Of a stretch of 64,000 bases of DNA, positions 27,518-40,071 are shown one piece after another (the stretch's first letter is position 1; every line of letters begins with the position of its first letter). The notes under the pieces are model-generated. The model ran no database searches and had not been told where the DNA came from. It saw only the letters and a program-made list of their open reading frames with translations. Source of the stretch: Sarea resinae (Eukaryota); NCBI GenBank assembly GCA_026026165.1, contig JAPEUD010000064.1:62001-126000 (forward strand), written 5' to 3'. The translations under genes were made by a program, and so were the position numbers.

Positions 27518-27820
27518 CTCGGCGATTGTCTTTGACGCAGAGACAATTGATGGTCGTCTGGGGTGATGGGAGATGGAGGAGATGAAGGGCGGAGTGACGG
27601 TTGATGATACTCCAGGTCTCCGTCTGCAGCATCGGCAGTTGCCGACCATCCCTCTTCGGGCTAGAAGGGCAACACCAAAACATGCCAATACCAACTCTGG
27701 GTGTACGGAATAGAATCTTCAGTGTCTAATAACAATACTAATTGGGACTCTACTCTCATCATCATCGTCGCCGACGAATCTGCATGAATACATCGTGTCT
27801 CTTATTACGCCATACTCAAC

Positions 27821-28704
27821 ATGCCGGCTCCACCTGCTCCGGCTCCAAGGCCGGAGAAAACAATGTCTTCCCGTCTCCTCACCATGAAGGTACGCTGAGC
27901 ATCCTCGTTTTACTCTTCAAGTCATTATTTATTGTGATGCCCTACTAACGCCAATGCTGCTCTCAGTTTATGCAACGTGCAGCCGCTTCTTCTCCTTCTC
28001 CATCACAACCCGCCACAAAACGCGCTCGTCTCTCATCCGACGGTACCACAGCTGGCACGCCAGCCTCAGACCTCGAAGCGATACAAGCTGCCCTGGACGC
28101 CGAAGAAGCAAAGCGCACAGCAGCGCTAGATCGGCAAGCTGCAGAAGCCGGCGAGACGCGATGGGTGCTCAGCTTTCTTGACCAAAACACGAATCCGAAC
28201 GGAGAGGAACGATCATTGCGAAAGCCACTGACAATTGTCAATGCGGGATTTGCGGGGATCGATTCTGCAGAATTGGAAGAGCCGGGCCGCGAGACGGCGC
28301 AGGTGGCGGTTGAAAGTCCAGCATTGGCGGCGTCCGTGGGGAGACGCAGTTTTGGGAAGTTCAATCGAAAGGTGGAACAGCAACAGCAGCAACAAGCAAC
28401 CTCAGATGACGGGGCCGACTCAATTTCTTCCGACTCGGGAGATGATGATGGAAGCGATCCAAAATCTCGCCATAGATCTTCGAAGTCCTCACCTGCACAT
28501 CCCTCTCCGGCCCGCCGCACGAAAGAGATCAACCTCAATAAACTGGCATCCATCTCTGGCGGTGGAGGCTCTGGTGGGGGAGGGGGCTTGGCCGTCTCAA
28601 AGGATACGCAGTGCTACGGCTGTGGAGGGCGGGGACACATAAAAAGCGACTGTCCGCAACGAAGTAACGGTCAAGGAAAGGGAAAGGGAAAGAGAAAACG
28701 ATAA
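27821..28704 (+). CDS. Mpp6-like (exosome cofactor) protein with C-terminal CCHC zinc knuckle; intron 27890-27966
   Basis: MSSRLLTMK|FMQR N-terminus and GRRSFGKFN motif, both typical of Mpp6; CYGCGGRGHIKSDC; basic C-terminal NLS-like tail. Confidence 0.8.
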
Positions 28705-29812
28705 ATTAGAAGATAAGGAAAGGAACCGAGGCCGTCGAGAAGTAATCCGACTATTACGGGAGCTTCAATTGCTGCATCTACATTTCTATCCCGGCTCTCC
28801 GGGGCGTTTCTGCACCCACCGCCAAAATCGAAGCGCACAGCTCGAGCTTCACAGCGGCAAGGTGGCAAGGCAGAGGGTGGAAGAGGAGCGGAGGGGGAGG
28901 AACAGGTTCTTTTCACGCTTAAGGCGCAGTAAAGGAGCCACGACGAAGACTAGCTAGGTAGATAGAGCATCATCTAGCTGGCTTCCGCGTGCCAGCCCAT
29001 GACCGAATCCACAGAGCAGGGTGATGGTCCAGATGCTCGAATACATCGGCAAGGGACGAGGACCGAAAAGGTTCGTCCAGTTCTCCGAGAAACCGAAAAA
29101 CGTGCACGTACGAGTAGAAAGGAGCGGGTCGGGAAAGGAAGGGGGAAGAGACACGAAGGTCCGCAACGATACCGTTGGGATATGCCGTGCAGCAACGGTC
29201 TAGCTTTCTACCATCGTAGCTGTCAGCCAGGAGTGCCTTGCTTTGTCCTTGGTGACACCGCAAGCATGTAGATGAAATTGCGTGTTCCCAACGTGGCAGC
29301 TAAGTCGCCGTGTGCACATGGCGTCGATGCGCGTGGCGAGCAGGCAATGCAATGCAGGGGACGACATAACGAAGAAAAGATTCTTTTGGCGCTTGACGTC
29401 CGGCGGGCTCCTGTCGCATTGGGCAAGTGACACAATGCTGGAGAAAGGAGAAGGGCGAAAGGAGCAATGGAAGCAGAAGTGATGCGGATGCGTCGGGGGA
29501 TATGGTTTTCGTCCTGGACGTCTCCTCTGACAATCAATGAGGCCGTCCCGCAGTGCGCAATTTGTGCGAAGAGGTGGGTAGATGTAGCCAGGGTCGAAAT
29601 CTCCGCCTACCTCTCTGCTGGCGACGAATGAGGGCACCAGGGACGGGGGACTCATAGTAGACGATCGACAACCTTGGAGTTGCGTTCGCTCAGCCACGTC
29701 GCATACGATGCCATCCTGGTCGTACTCGACACTCGAGAGTACCTCCCTGACCGTCGGGACAGCACCGTATGAAGTACAGCGTAAGGTAGGTAGGATGACG
29801 GCGGGGACAACG

Positions 29813-29885
29813 ATGACAGCCATGACAGCCATGACAGCCATGTCAGCCACGCCAGCGATGCCAGCCATGCCAGCCATGCCAGCGA
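29813..29885. repeat. 9-bp degenerate tandem repeat (CATG[A/T/C]CAGC)n
   Basis: Direct reading. Confidence 0.8.
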
Positions 29886-30662
29886 CGGCGGCGACGGCAG
29901 CTGCGCATCGCATACTCGGTCGACAATCACATACGGTAGTAGAGTATGAAGTACTCCGTAGACCATCGCTCACTGATCGTCCCTCGATTCTCCTTTCTGG
30001 GCCCCTGCGCCACGGATCCAGCGAGACGGAAGACGCAAGACGCAAACATCCATGGACCCATTGCATCTTTCCATCTTTACGGAGTAGCATCTTTCCATCT
30101 TCACTACTATGTATGGAGCATGCCTGCCGCTGTCTTGCGCACTGATGCTTGCTTGCGTGGGTGCTCTTGTAGACGAGGTACGTGACCGACTAACGCCATG
30201 GAGCAAGCCCACCCCCAACATGGAGCGCATCTCACCCTCATCTCCTCCGTACTCCCGAGCAGTCCTGTCGCGCCTCTCGATGGATGATGACCTTTAGGGC
30301 TAGGGAGAAGAGGCGGAGGGAAGAGGTAGAGATCATGTACTGGGTACGATGTCTGGTCGCTCTGATGCAGATGTGCCCACCGACCATCGTCGAACACTGC
30401 CACGGATGCCACTATCAACCCCTCTGGGCTTGGTCGTGGATGGATACACAGCAGATCAGCTATTTATTCATCCCACACTGACGACGAGATCAGCCGTCAA
30501 CGGCCTGAGCATGCTGGAGCAGCCTCCATCCCGCCATCTGGGGCTGAAGTCTGAAGTCACTGCAGGACCCTTGCGTTCCACCGCCTCTCTGCATCATCTA
30601 CATGATCCATGTGCTTGCCACTTCGGCCGGAGCGAACGAGAAGTCGAGATGCGGAGAGAAGG

Positions 30663-30670
<8 letters not shown>

Positions 30671-30702
<32 letters not shown>
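30671..30702. repeat. (AG)n microsatellite
   Basis: Direct reading. Confidence 0.95.
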
Positions 30703-30706
<4 letters not shown>

Positions 30707-31247
30707 AAGTGGAAAAGAGAGAGGGTGGTCCAAGAAGTTCGAGAAGCTTTCGATTCCTTCCATGTCGGTTTCTATCGAGCTGTTCACTGACGTATCTCGC
30801 TCTTGAACCTTTTCCTCTCTCTGTTCCGTTTCCCTGCCCTTCCCTGATTCACACTCCCGCCCCCGTCCCCCCCACCCTCACCACCATCCTCGCACTTACA
30901 CGCACAACTCATCCTCACATCGCCACCGTGTCGTGAAAGAAGCGCTGGCAGTTCAGCTCCTCCCCGACTTGAATGAAGATCGTCAGGTTCGATATACCAT
31001 AGTCAGACTAATTTAGCTCATCTTGCCTCATGTCGTCTTCACCGGTGGGGCTATGACTGGTGAGAAGTGATCTTTCAACTCCATTCACCGCGCGCCTGGC
31101 TACAAGTGAGTCATCCACTACTGAAGGGTAGGTGGCAACGGGCGGCAATTCACTTGCGACCCGACAAATAAGCTCGTCAAATGGATCTCTTCGGTCTCTC
31201 ATAACACCGGCACTCCGTCTTATCTTCATTGCGATCAACCAGGCAAG

Positions 31248-33044
31248 ATGGTTCTGGGCAAGGTCAAATTTCCGTCGGCTTCCGTGTCTGACAACTTCAC
31301 CTCGGCAAGCATCACACAACTGCCCGTCAACATCCTCGAAGCCTTCATTCCGGGATATTCGTTCATTTCCAAGTTCCTGCTGGAGGTTCTGGGCTTTGAC
31401 GTTACCATCATCGTCTCCATCTGCCTGCTGATATTTGCAATCGGAACGTCAGCGGGCTATCTGTGGAAGCATGCATATAACCTCTTTTCGAAATGGTTCA
31501 TGTCCTCGATCAGCATTTCCAACGACGACGATATCTATGTCCACCTGATGCGATGGCTGGCGGAGCATAGCGTGTCGAAAGACTCGCGCTCGCTCATTGC
31601 CAAATCTCAACGAGGTTCGTGGGATATCAACGAAGAGGAGCCTGACGAGGGCGAGCTGGACAATACGACCATGTTCAACTTCAGCAACTGGGATGCCAAG
31701 ACCCCTCCCATGTTCGAGCCGTATTTTGGGCAGCATTACTTCTGGCACCAAGGTCGTCTGTTTCTCTTGAATCGGGAAGCCAAGCAGGTCTTGATGACCG
31801 GCTACAACTCGCGCATGAGAGACGACGAGACTCTCCGTCTGACGTGTATTGGCCGGTCTGCCGAGCCCATCAAGCGCCTATTGATGGAAGCCCGGGATCG
31901 ATACCTGAACAAGCAAAAGTCTCTGACCATCATCCGGAGGGCTGCTCCAAAGGAAACCCGTCATCAAAGAAGCAATATTTGGACCCGCGTCGCTGTCCGT
32001 CCGTCCAGGCCCATTGAAACCGTCGTCCTAGACCACGAACAGAAGAGTCGTGTCCTTCTAGATATCAACGAATACCTTCACCCGGCGACCCGGCGGTGGT
32101 ACGCCAACAGAGGTATTCCGTATCGACGTGGTTACCTCTTTCATGGCCCCCCCGGCACTGGCAAGACGTCCCTGAGCTTTGCCATAGCTGGCATTTTCGG
32201 TCTCGACATCTTCGTAATCTCACTCCTGGAGCCTACTCTGACAGAAGAAGACCTCGGCATGCTCTTCAACAACCTCCCGCGCCGCTGCGTTGTGCTCCTC
32301 GAAGACATCGACAGTGCTGGTCTCGCCCGCAAAGACAAATCCGACGACGATGCCGCTAGCAACAAAGCCCCTGCCGAATGGGGCCTCGTGGAGGTTGCCA
32401 AAGCTCTCAGGAAAGAGAACGACGAAAAGGACGCCAAGAACAAAGGCATTTCCTTGAGCGGCCTGCTCAACGCCATCGATGGAGTTGCGTCTCATGAGGG
32501 GAGAGTCCTGGTCATGACAACCAACTTCCCCGACAAATTGGATGACGCGCTGATTCGGCCGGGTAGAGTCGATATGCAGGTCACTTTCACATTGGCAAGC
32601 AAGATACAGATTCGGGAATTGTTTGTGAGGATGTATGAGAGTGATAGGAAAAAGGGAGTCGATCCTACGAAGACGACTAGTTATACGATTCAGGGTCAAC
32701 CATCTAAGACAGTGACAGCCCCCTCAGTAGAGACTCGTTCTCCGGTTCCCCCAACCCATGCGTCTCAAACAAACGGACACGCCAAACAGCCATCCAACGC
32801 AGCCACCAATGTCGATAAACCAACCACCGTCCACGCAACGTTCGCGACAGACTCCCTCCAGTTGCTCGCCGATGAATTCGCAGCCCATCTCCCGGACGCA
32901 ACCTTCACCCCCGCCGAGATTCAGGGGTTTCTTTTGACTAGAAAGAAGGAGCCGGCGAAGGCGGTCCGAGAGGTCGAGAGCTGGCGGGATAGCGTGCTGG
33001 AGGCCAAGAGGGCGAGGGTGAAGGTGTTAGCGGGAGGCGTATAG
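31248..33044 (+). CDS. BCS1-family mitochondrial AAA ATPase (long fungal paralog), intronless
   Basis: N-terminal TM plus BCS1_N region; WYANRGIPYRRGYLFHGPPGTGKTS (Walker A), VLLEDID (Walker B), SLSGLLNAIDGVASHEGRVLVMTTN, LDDALIRPGRVD, FTPAEIQGFL. Confidence 0.93.
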   Translation: MVLGKVKFPSASVSDNFTSASITQLPVNILEAFIPGYSFISKFLLEVLGFDVTIIVSICLLIFAIGTSAGYLWKHAYNLFSKWFMSSISISNDDDIYVHLMRWLAEHSVSKDSRSLIAKSQRGSWDINEEEPDEGELDNTTMFNFSNWDAKTPPMFEPYFGQHYFWHQGRLFLLNREAKQVLMTGYNSRMRDDETLRLTCIGRSAEPIKRLLMEARDRYLNKQKSLTIIRRAAPKETRHQRSNIWTRVAVRPSRPIETVVLDHEQKSRVLLDINEYLHPATRRWYANRGIPYRRGYLFHGPPGTGKTSLSFAIAGIFGLDIFVISLLEPTLTEEDLGMLFNNLPRRCVVLLEDIDSAGLARKDKSDDDAASNKAPAEWGLVEVAKALRKENDEKDAKNKGISLSGLLNAIDGVASHEGRVLVMTTNFPDKLDDALIRPGRVDMQVTFTLASKIQIRELFVRMYESDRKKGVDPTKTTSYTIQGQPSKTVTAPSVETRSPVPPTHASQTNGHAKQPSNAATNVDKPTTVHATFATDSLQLLADEFAAHLPDATFTPAEIQGFLLTRKKEPAKAVREVESWRDSVLEAKRARVKVLAGGV

Positions 33045-34248
33045 GGAAGGAGACTACCTTTGCGTTGGATCCATTGCCTCTACATTACACTCCGAGACTC
33101 GAATCCGGACAGAAATGGCGGTATGTCTCTAAGGCCAGGTCTAATTATTTTGCTGCCATCAGGAACACACGAGGGAACACGAGATCGTTTGAGGGTGGTA
33201 GGCGAAACAGGTACGAGCATTAATATCTGCGTTTTTGGGCTTGAGAGGGCCAAAGTCGAAGGAGAGAGTTGATACCCACAGAAGGAAATTGAGGAGAGCG
33301 TTGTCAGCTCGAAAGGAACGGATGCGGTAGACGTTGACAGATGCGCCACGAGTGACAGTACCTGATGAGCATGATTACTTTCGATCCCTTACATAGTTCG
33401 GGCGGTATCAATTAGGCCTCGGCCCTTTTCTTCTCCCTCGTAGATCAAGGTTCCCGGCGGGATCATTTAGGCATCGGCTCCCTTTTTTCCCCTTCATCTC
33501 ACTAATACGTCCTCCTTTTTGTTTTCCGGTTTTTCTTTTACCTTTGCCTCCTCTACTTGGGTCACATCCAGCATTGATACCACTCGACTTTTCTTGAATT
33601 CTGTTCAGGCATATCAACATTACCGATGAATTATATTATTCTCGAGAGAATTTGCAAAATGAGAAGCGCAACTTGCAACTTTCGCATGGAGGATTGTTGG
33701 CCGAGGATATTGCTATCGATAAGGGGTCTAGTATCTCCCTGCTGGCCCTACTGTATTGCTCTCTCTGGGCCGATCAATCGTCAAGGCCCATCGCAGTATC
33801 CATTATGCCAGCTAACTCGGCGGAGTACTGCGTAGGTAAGTAAGTGGCCGTGAGGTGCAGCGCTATCGCTTATCGCTCCTATGACATCAGCGAGCCACGG
33901 CCGCCCACCTCACTTCGCACGGTGTAGTCGTAAGGCAGAGGCGCCTCAACCTCATCGCTCAACTTCATCGTCTCCTAGGGCATCCATTAGATGACAACAA
34001 CAACCACAACCACGACGACACCGCTCCAGACGATCCTCTTCCTCGGCATTTTCATCCTCGCCTTCTTCCCCGGCGCATTCATCAGTCTCCTCAAACTGCC
34101 CTTCCGCCCACTCTTCGCGTCTGCGCCCAGCACCTCGACCGCACCACTGCCCGCCTGCTGCACCGCCTGCGCCGCCTGCAGCAGCAGTACCAGTCCCACC
34201 ACCACCACCTGCACACCCCCCCCGGCTCCACCAGCCCCACCAGCCACC

Positions 34249-34863
34249 ATGTCCTGGACGCAAAAGACCCTCAGCCTGCCGCCGAAATCGCGCGGCTCCT
34301 ACCTAATCACGTCGCACATCGAATCCGCGCTGCCCGAGATCCGCACGTACAAGGTCGGGCTGCTGAACCTGTTCGTGCAGCACACGAGCTGCGCGCTGAG
34401 CCTGAACGAGAACTGGGACGAGGACGTGCGGGCGGACATGAGCGATGCGTTGGATCGGATCGCGCCCGAGGACCGCAAGGGCGAGCTGTATCGCCATGAT
34501 GCCGAGGGCGTGGATGATATGCCGGTATGTTTTTGTTTTGGCTTTGTTTCTGTTGGACCCTTTTCGAGCCGTGGTGGTGTCTTTGTTGATGGCGGTTCAT
34601 CCCCCCCCACCCTTTTTTTTTCTTTCTCTTTCCCCCCGCCCTCTCCTCCTCCACTCCCCCACTCCGCCCCTCTGAACCCAACCCACCCCTAACGCACCCA
34701 CCAGGCACATATCAAATCCGCCCTCATCGGCGCCAGCATCACGGTGCCCATCAAAGACGGCCAGCTGGCCACGGGCACGTGGCAGGGCATCTGGTACCTG
34801 GAGTTCCGGGCCGGTCGGCACTCCCGAAAAGTCGTCGCTACGATCCAGGGCGAGAAGATGTGA
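34249..34863 (+). CDS. YjbQ/UPF0047 family protein; intron 34525-34704; possible upstream in-frame start at 33991
   Basis: RGSYLIT, GLLNLFVQHTSCALSLNENWDEDVRADM, YRHDAEGVDDMP|AHIKSALIG, LATGTWQGIWYLEFR. Confidence 0.93.
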
Positions 34864-34889
34864 GTGGATGGGTGAGTGAGTGAGTGCGT

Positions 34890-34925
<36 letters not shown>

Positions 34926-35039
34926 GTGTGTGTGTGTTCGCGGTGAGTGGGTTTGGGGAGATAGTGGGATCAGGGACATCTGCGGAGTCAAGCAACAGAC
35001 AAGTGCAGTCATCATATTTCCTATCGTTAGCCCAAGACT

Positions 35040-35840
35040 TTATCAAATAGCTAGCTGTTGTTTTTGTTTTTGTTTTTGTTTTCGTTTCTGTCTTGTATCA
35101 TGTATCACGATTTAGTGGTGCGGGGCAGTGGAGTAGCGTGGAGTGGAGCAGTGGAGTGCAATTGTCACCAAAGAAAAAAAAAGAATAGCAGATTTGACGA
35201 ATAAGAATACGAACAAAATAAGAGGAGGAATAGGAATAAGAACGAGAATAAGAACGAGAACAAGAATCAGAATAAGCAGAGGAAGAAAACAGGAAGCAAA
35301 AGCACCAGTAAAAGCAACTGTTAAAGCCATACCTACTAGCTACTAGGTAGTCAGAAAAGCCATCAAATCTCCTAGTCATATCAGGTCTCTGGTCTGGTAG
35401 GGTGGAGTCGGGTTCTGGCCGGGACGGGTTCAGGTCAGGTCGGGTCGGGTCAGATAAGGAAGCTTTCGCTTTTGCTTTTGCTGGTGGTGATAGTGGTGGT
35501 GGTGGTGGTGGTGGTGGTGGTGGTGGTGGTGATGACAGTGGTGACAGTGATGACAGTGATGATAATGGTGCTGCGGCGACAGTGTATGAATCCCACTACA
35601 CTGCCTTACTCTCACGACTGCAACTACGATTACACTCACTATTACAATGACAAATGCAACGACAGCTTCAACCGCGCATGAGACGGTCGAGAGTATGCTT
35701 GCTTGGCTGGGACTAAGCCAAAGCAGAGGCGAGAGGGGAGTAGAAGCAGAAGCAGAGGCAGCTCATGACTGTGTTTATTATCCCTTTGCATCTATTCATT
35801 ACCACTACCACTACCACTACCACGACTATGACTGAGAAGA
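35040..35840. repeat. Microsatellite cluster: (TTTTTG)n, (GGT)n, (GTGACA/GTGATGACA)n, (CCACTA)n, (AGAATA/AGAACG)n
   Basis: Direct reading. Confidence 0.88.
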
Positions 35841-36291
35841 GGATTTCTGCACCAAGTGCTAGGAGCAATGGAAATAGCTATAGCTATAAGATTTGGTCGA
35901 CCTGGCAAGAACAGCTATGAAGGTGGTTTAGCGTTGTTCGTGCTATCATTGTCATTGTTGTCATTGCTGTCAACCTTGTTATCTGGGACCCTATAGCCGA
36001 CGGCGAATAATGATTGATAGCGTGATAACCTGGTGCGATCTTGTTAGAAGCCTTCATTGCATTTGGATCCTGATATGACGAAGTAAAATGTGAAATAGAT
36101 GAACAGGCTACTTACATTGAGCGCCCATCTCACCAGATATCGTAGCAGCGGCTTTATCACGCGGCCAAAGTCGCTTGGACACCGTGCTTCATTAATAGCA
36201 AACGTCAGCCCAACGTCCCAGCCTCTTCCCTCCTACCCTTCTCTTACACGGACAGACATACCTGACATCCAGCGCAACAACCCCCCTCGAC

Positions 36292-36858
36292 CTACTTTGG
36301 CCTCTCTCGCACAAAATACGGGTACCCGCCACCGCCGCCCTGCTGCGCCCAAGTCCACGATCCCGGCTGCAGCTCATGGCTGATGGTATCAAACGTGCGC
36401 ATGGTGTAGGAGCCATCGAGCTCGCGACACCACCATTGCTGGCTAGGGGACGGGTCCAGAGGCGCCATGGCGTGCGGAGCATTGGCGCCCGTGCGCGCCG
36501 AGATCTTGACGTCGTCTTCTACGACCTGGCCGCGTGAAGCGCCGTGCCATGCGTGCTGGTACGAGGCTGGTGGTTCGGCTGCGGCTGCGGCGGGCTGTGG
36601 CGGGTAGGCCGCCTGGTATGGCATGTAAGCGTATGCGGGATAGGCTGGGTAGGGGTATGCTGCAGCATAGGTGTAGCTTGCTGGGGCTGGTGGAGGTGGG
36701 GGTGGGCGTGGTGCGGGGGGAGCCACTGTTCTCGTCGCAGTCGGCTTCGTTGGCTTGTATGTGTATATGTGCTCTTTGTTGCCGTCGTTCTTGGGCGGGA
36801 CCGGAGCCGTGGCCTGGCGGACGGGCCCGGGCTGCCATGTGTACATGCGTTGGCTCAT
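36292..36858 (-). CDS. Hypothetical Pro/Tyr/Ala-rich protein with Trp-rich C-terminal domain; possible upstream exon 37137-37250
   Basis: GC3-rich ORF with a structured-looking C-terminus (AWHGASRGQVVEDD..QQWWCRELDGSYTMRTFDTI..LQPGSW..YPYFVR). Upstream MCLWGFKDVELEEPP.. ends at a GTGAGT donor (37136). Confidence 0.7.
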   Translation of the reverse strand: MSQRMYTWQPGPVRQATAPVPPKNDGNKEHIYTYKPTKPTATRTVAPPAPRPPPPPPAPASYTYAAAYPYPAYPAYAYMPYQAAYPPQPAAAAAEPPASYQHAWHGASRGQVVEDDVKISARTGANAPHAMAPLDPSPSQQWWCRELDGSYTMRTFDTISHELQPGSWTWAQQGGGGGYPYFVRERPK

Positions 36859-39363
36859 TGTGTTTGTGATGTGACGAGACGTGACGTGCTGAGGTGATAG
36901 GATGGAAGAATAGTAAGATGGAAGGACGAGATGAGAGCAGGAAGGAGACGCAAAGGAAAAGGACGGGTGAGGTAGTTATCAAAGCACGAAAAGTATCTTG
37001 GTACCCAAAGGCAAGGGTAAAAAGGCGAAGTGAATTGCAGTGAAGTAAAGTGAAGTGCAGCACGGTATACCAATCGAGAAGAGACGAAAGATGGGGGTGA
37101 TGCCAACGGGATAGAAGAGAGGAAGCCGCGACTCACATAGATTGGCCACGTCGGTGGAAAATACCCCTCCGGCCTCACCGGCACTGGTTTCACCGGCCGA
37201 GGCCGAGGCGGCTCCTCGAGCTCGACGTCTTTGAAGCCCCAAAGACACATGCTGTCAAGGTGGGTGGTGAGGCGGAGTCGATGATACGAGAGGACGGACT
37301 CGAGACGAGATGCAACGCAGGGGTGCCGGGATTGAGACGTTGGGAGCTGGCACTTGTGGTCAAGATCGTGTGTACGTGGAGAGTGAATCAGGGGATCTGG
37401 GTTCGATTTTTGATATTCGAGAGAGATTCACTCTAACTAGACATATAGGCGATCGGGAGAAAATAGGTGTTCGTCCACTGTTCTAAAGAAAAGGAGCAAA
37501 GTACACGCATCTCAATAGGGCGGTCGCTATGGAGCACGTATCATGTCTGAGAATCTTAGATTTGTTAGCTAGAACAAGAGAGATGATCAGATGGATTGAG
37601 TCTTGAGTAGGACATCCTCGCATCTATCACAAGCCAAGCAAGGGTTCGACCCCCGAGGAAGGGTCCTCAAATGTCCTCTCTACCACGTCCGGGACTATCA
37701 TCCTTCGAGCTCCAACGCCCCCGTCCCGTCCCTTAATTTGCCTCATCACCAAGGATGTTATTAGGCCACCGGTATACTGAACCACTCTAGTCGCAGGCAA
37801 TGACCGGGACGAAGCAGATACGTTCGTTTGTAGAGCAACAGTCATTCGACAGATGAGACAAGCGAGATATCAGCCCTCTATCGCGCTCTCACAGCCCGTG
37901 GCATAGACATATTGAAGAAAGAGCTGCCATGGATTAATAGGGTCTTGGACTTTTCGGAAATGACGACGTCTGATATGGTGCAAATCGGATCCTGTATCAA
38001 ATGTCGTACTCTGACTCTTCAGATGTATCTTTGAATTGTTCTGGTCAGGGTAGTTTAAACCCCCAGTCAAAACGGGCACAATACCATCCTCGGACGACGC
38101 GCTCAGTGCCATGATGTAAATATCTTCGTCTGTCCATGGCCAATTCCAGGCAACTTCACGGAGGCCGAGCTCTCAACTCTGGCGTCGCACTGTTTTGCAG
38201 CTAGTTGGAGCTTGCGTAGGAGGGACGACGGTTCGGCCAAGGCGGTAATTGGTCGGCGCTGGCAATAGTTCCGGCGATCTGGCTTTTCTTCCCTTCTCCT
38301 TTGAGTGATTTTCTGCAGTAAGTGAGTGCAGAATAGTGCCGTGCTAGCCTTGGTGACAGCGGCTTCGGACGCGTCAATGGTATCGTGGCCTCACATCTAG
38401 CAGTCTAGTTCAACGCTTGTTGTTCTCTGTACGTTCGAAGCAAAAGCAATTTGTCGCCAGACTTCGGACGGATAGAGATATATCGTATGAGGGCCTTGAA
38501 ACCACCGACCTCTAGAAGACTTGGCTGCTAACACTGCCGTCGTCATTCGAGCTTGACATCTTCGTGCGTTTCCCTAGTAGTCCAGCTACAGGTTGTAGCG
38601 CTTGGCGTTTTCTGTTTCACTGGTTCAAGGAAGCATATCAAGGTGATTGCAAGATAGCCGAAAACCAAACTGGTGAGTAGGTAGGTAGTGAGGTGGCATA
38701 AATGGGAGACGAAGAGAAGAAAGAAGCGAAAGAACGGAAAAGCAATGAGACGAAAGCAAATTGATTTCAATTCCCAATTTCTCCGTCCTTAGCCCCCTCC
38801 TTGCGGTGTACCTTATAATCTTGGTGTCGATGCCTGTAGAGATTGGAAAATATCTTGAAAAAGAAAGCCGTGACGAATGTATAAATAGCCTCTTCGCTTG
38901 AGACCTGAGGTACTGCGCGAACTTATTTGCACTGTAATTACCTTATCTTACCTCATGTCGCATTGCTTCAATAGGTGGCTTTTGAAGGCCAGGTCTCCAA
39001 TTCTGTCGCCGCTTACGATCATGCCTGGTCCGGGAGAGCATCTGCGTCTGAAGAGCAGCAGAAGTGATGAAGCGAACAAGTAAAGCAAGGTGAAGAGGTA
39101 CGAGTGAGTATGGCGAACTACGTATTGTGTGTTGTGACCCCGAAGCTGCTGCTGCCGCTGCTGCTGTGCTGCTGCCTAGCGGTTAAGTGCCAACAATCGT
39201 GTATATAAATCTGCCACACATCCTTTACGTTCAGCCCATTGATCATGCCATGATATCTTACATGATAGCGACCTTCGTCTTGACCGATCCGATCCCGATC
39301 ACGACCACAACTTGGCTTTGACCTCTCATTTTTGCTACTTCGGCCCTGAGAAGACCAGCCAAT

Positions 39364-40071
39364 ATGCCAGATCTGGAGATCACCGTGACGGGGAATTCTT
39401 CCATCCACCGTCGCGCTGAACGGAGCGTGATGAAAGTTTCGGTCTCCTCCGACGGCCCGTCCCAAGCAATCGTGTCGGAAGAAGTGACCTCAACCGCGAA
39501 TCAGGTCCGACGGATGTTCAATGAGATTGCGCCTAAAACCGAGAGCGGCGCCGCCGCTCCTGACGCCGCCGTCACCGTATTCTCGATGGCTTCCATTCGA
39601 AGTTGGTCCTGTATTCCACGCAACAACGCGGGGGAGCCGCGCCCCAGGCAGTACAGTGCCAGCTCCAGCTTCGAGGCCATCTTCCGCGACTTCGAGAAAC
39701 TAGGAGACATCGCCAGCGAGCTCTTCAAAATGCCACATGTTCAGGTCACTTCCATCGAGTGGCGGCTTACTACAGGAACAAAGGACAGCCTGCAATCGGA
39801 AGTGCGCAAGACAGCGATACGAGATGCCATACAAAAAGCCAACGACTATGGTGAGGTGGTCGGTCATACTGTGAGGGCAAAGGAGATCCACGACAACGGC
39901 TCCTCTCAGATGTTTACAGGACAACTTCAGCAGCAGCAAATGCAAATGCAAATGCAGCCACAAATGATCGGCCAAAGAGCAATGGGGCGGACTCCGGGCG
40001 GGCTACCCCTCGAACCTGAAGACGTGGTGCTCAATGGGTCAGTTCAGGTGACATTCGTCTCGGTTGATTAA
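39364..40071 (+). CDS. SIMPL / DUF541 (YggE-like) domain protein
   Basis: EITVTGNSSIHRRAER..; Y.ASSSFEAIFRDFEKLG..; VTSIEWRLT..VRKTAIRDAIQKANDY; C-terminal LEPEDVVLNGSVQVTF. Confidence 0.82.
   Translation: MPDLEITVTGNSSIHRRAERSVMKVSVSSDGPSQAIVSEEVTSTANQVRRMFNEIAPKTESGAAAPDAAVTVFSMASIRSWSCIPRNNAGEPRPRQYSASSSFEAIFRDFEKLGDIASELFKMPHVQVTSIEWRLTTGTKDSLQSEVRKTAIRDAIQKANDYGEVVGHTVRAKEIHDNGSSQMFTGQLQQQQMQMQMQPQMIGQRAMGRTPGGLPLEPEDVVLNGSVQVTFVSVD

Noticed and set aside
29200..30936. ORFs of 296 aa (-) and 195 aa (+)
   Set aside because: They contain 9-bp and (AG)n repeats and have no domain-like content; likely intergenic or long 5' region.
37600..38770. Possible pseudogene fragments on the minus strand
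   Set aside because: Short broken frames with no family I can identify; needs tBLASTx.
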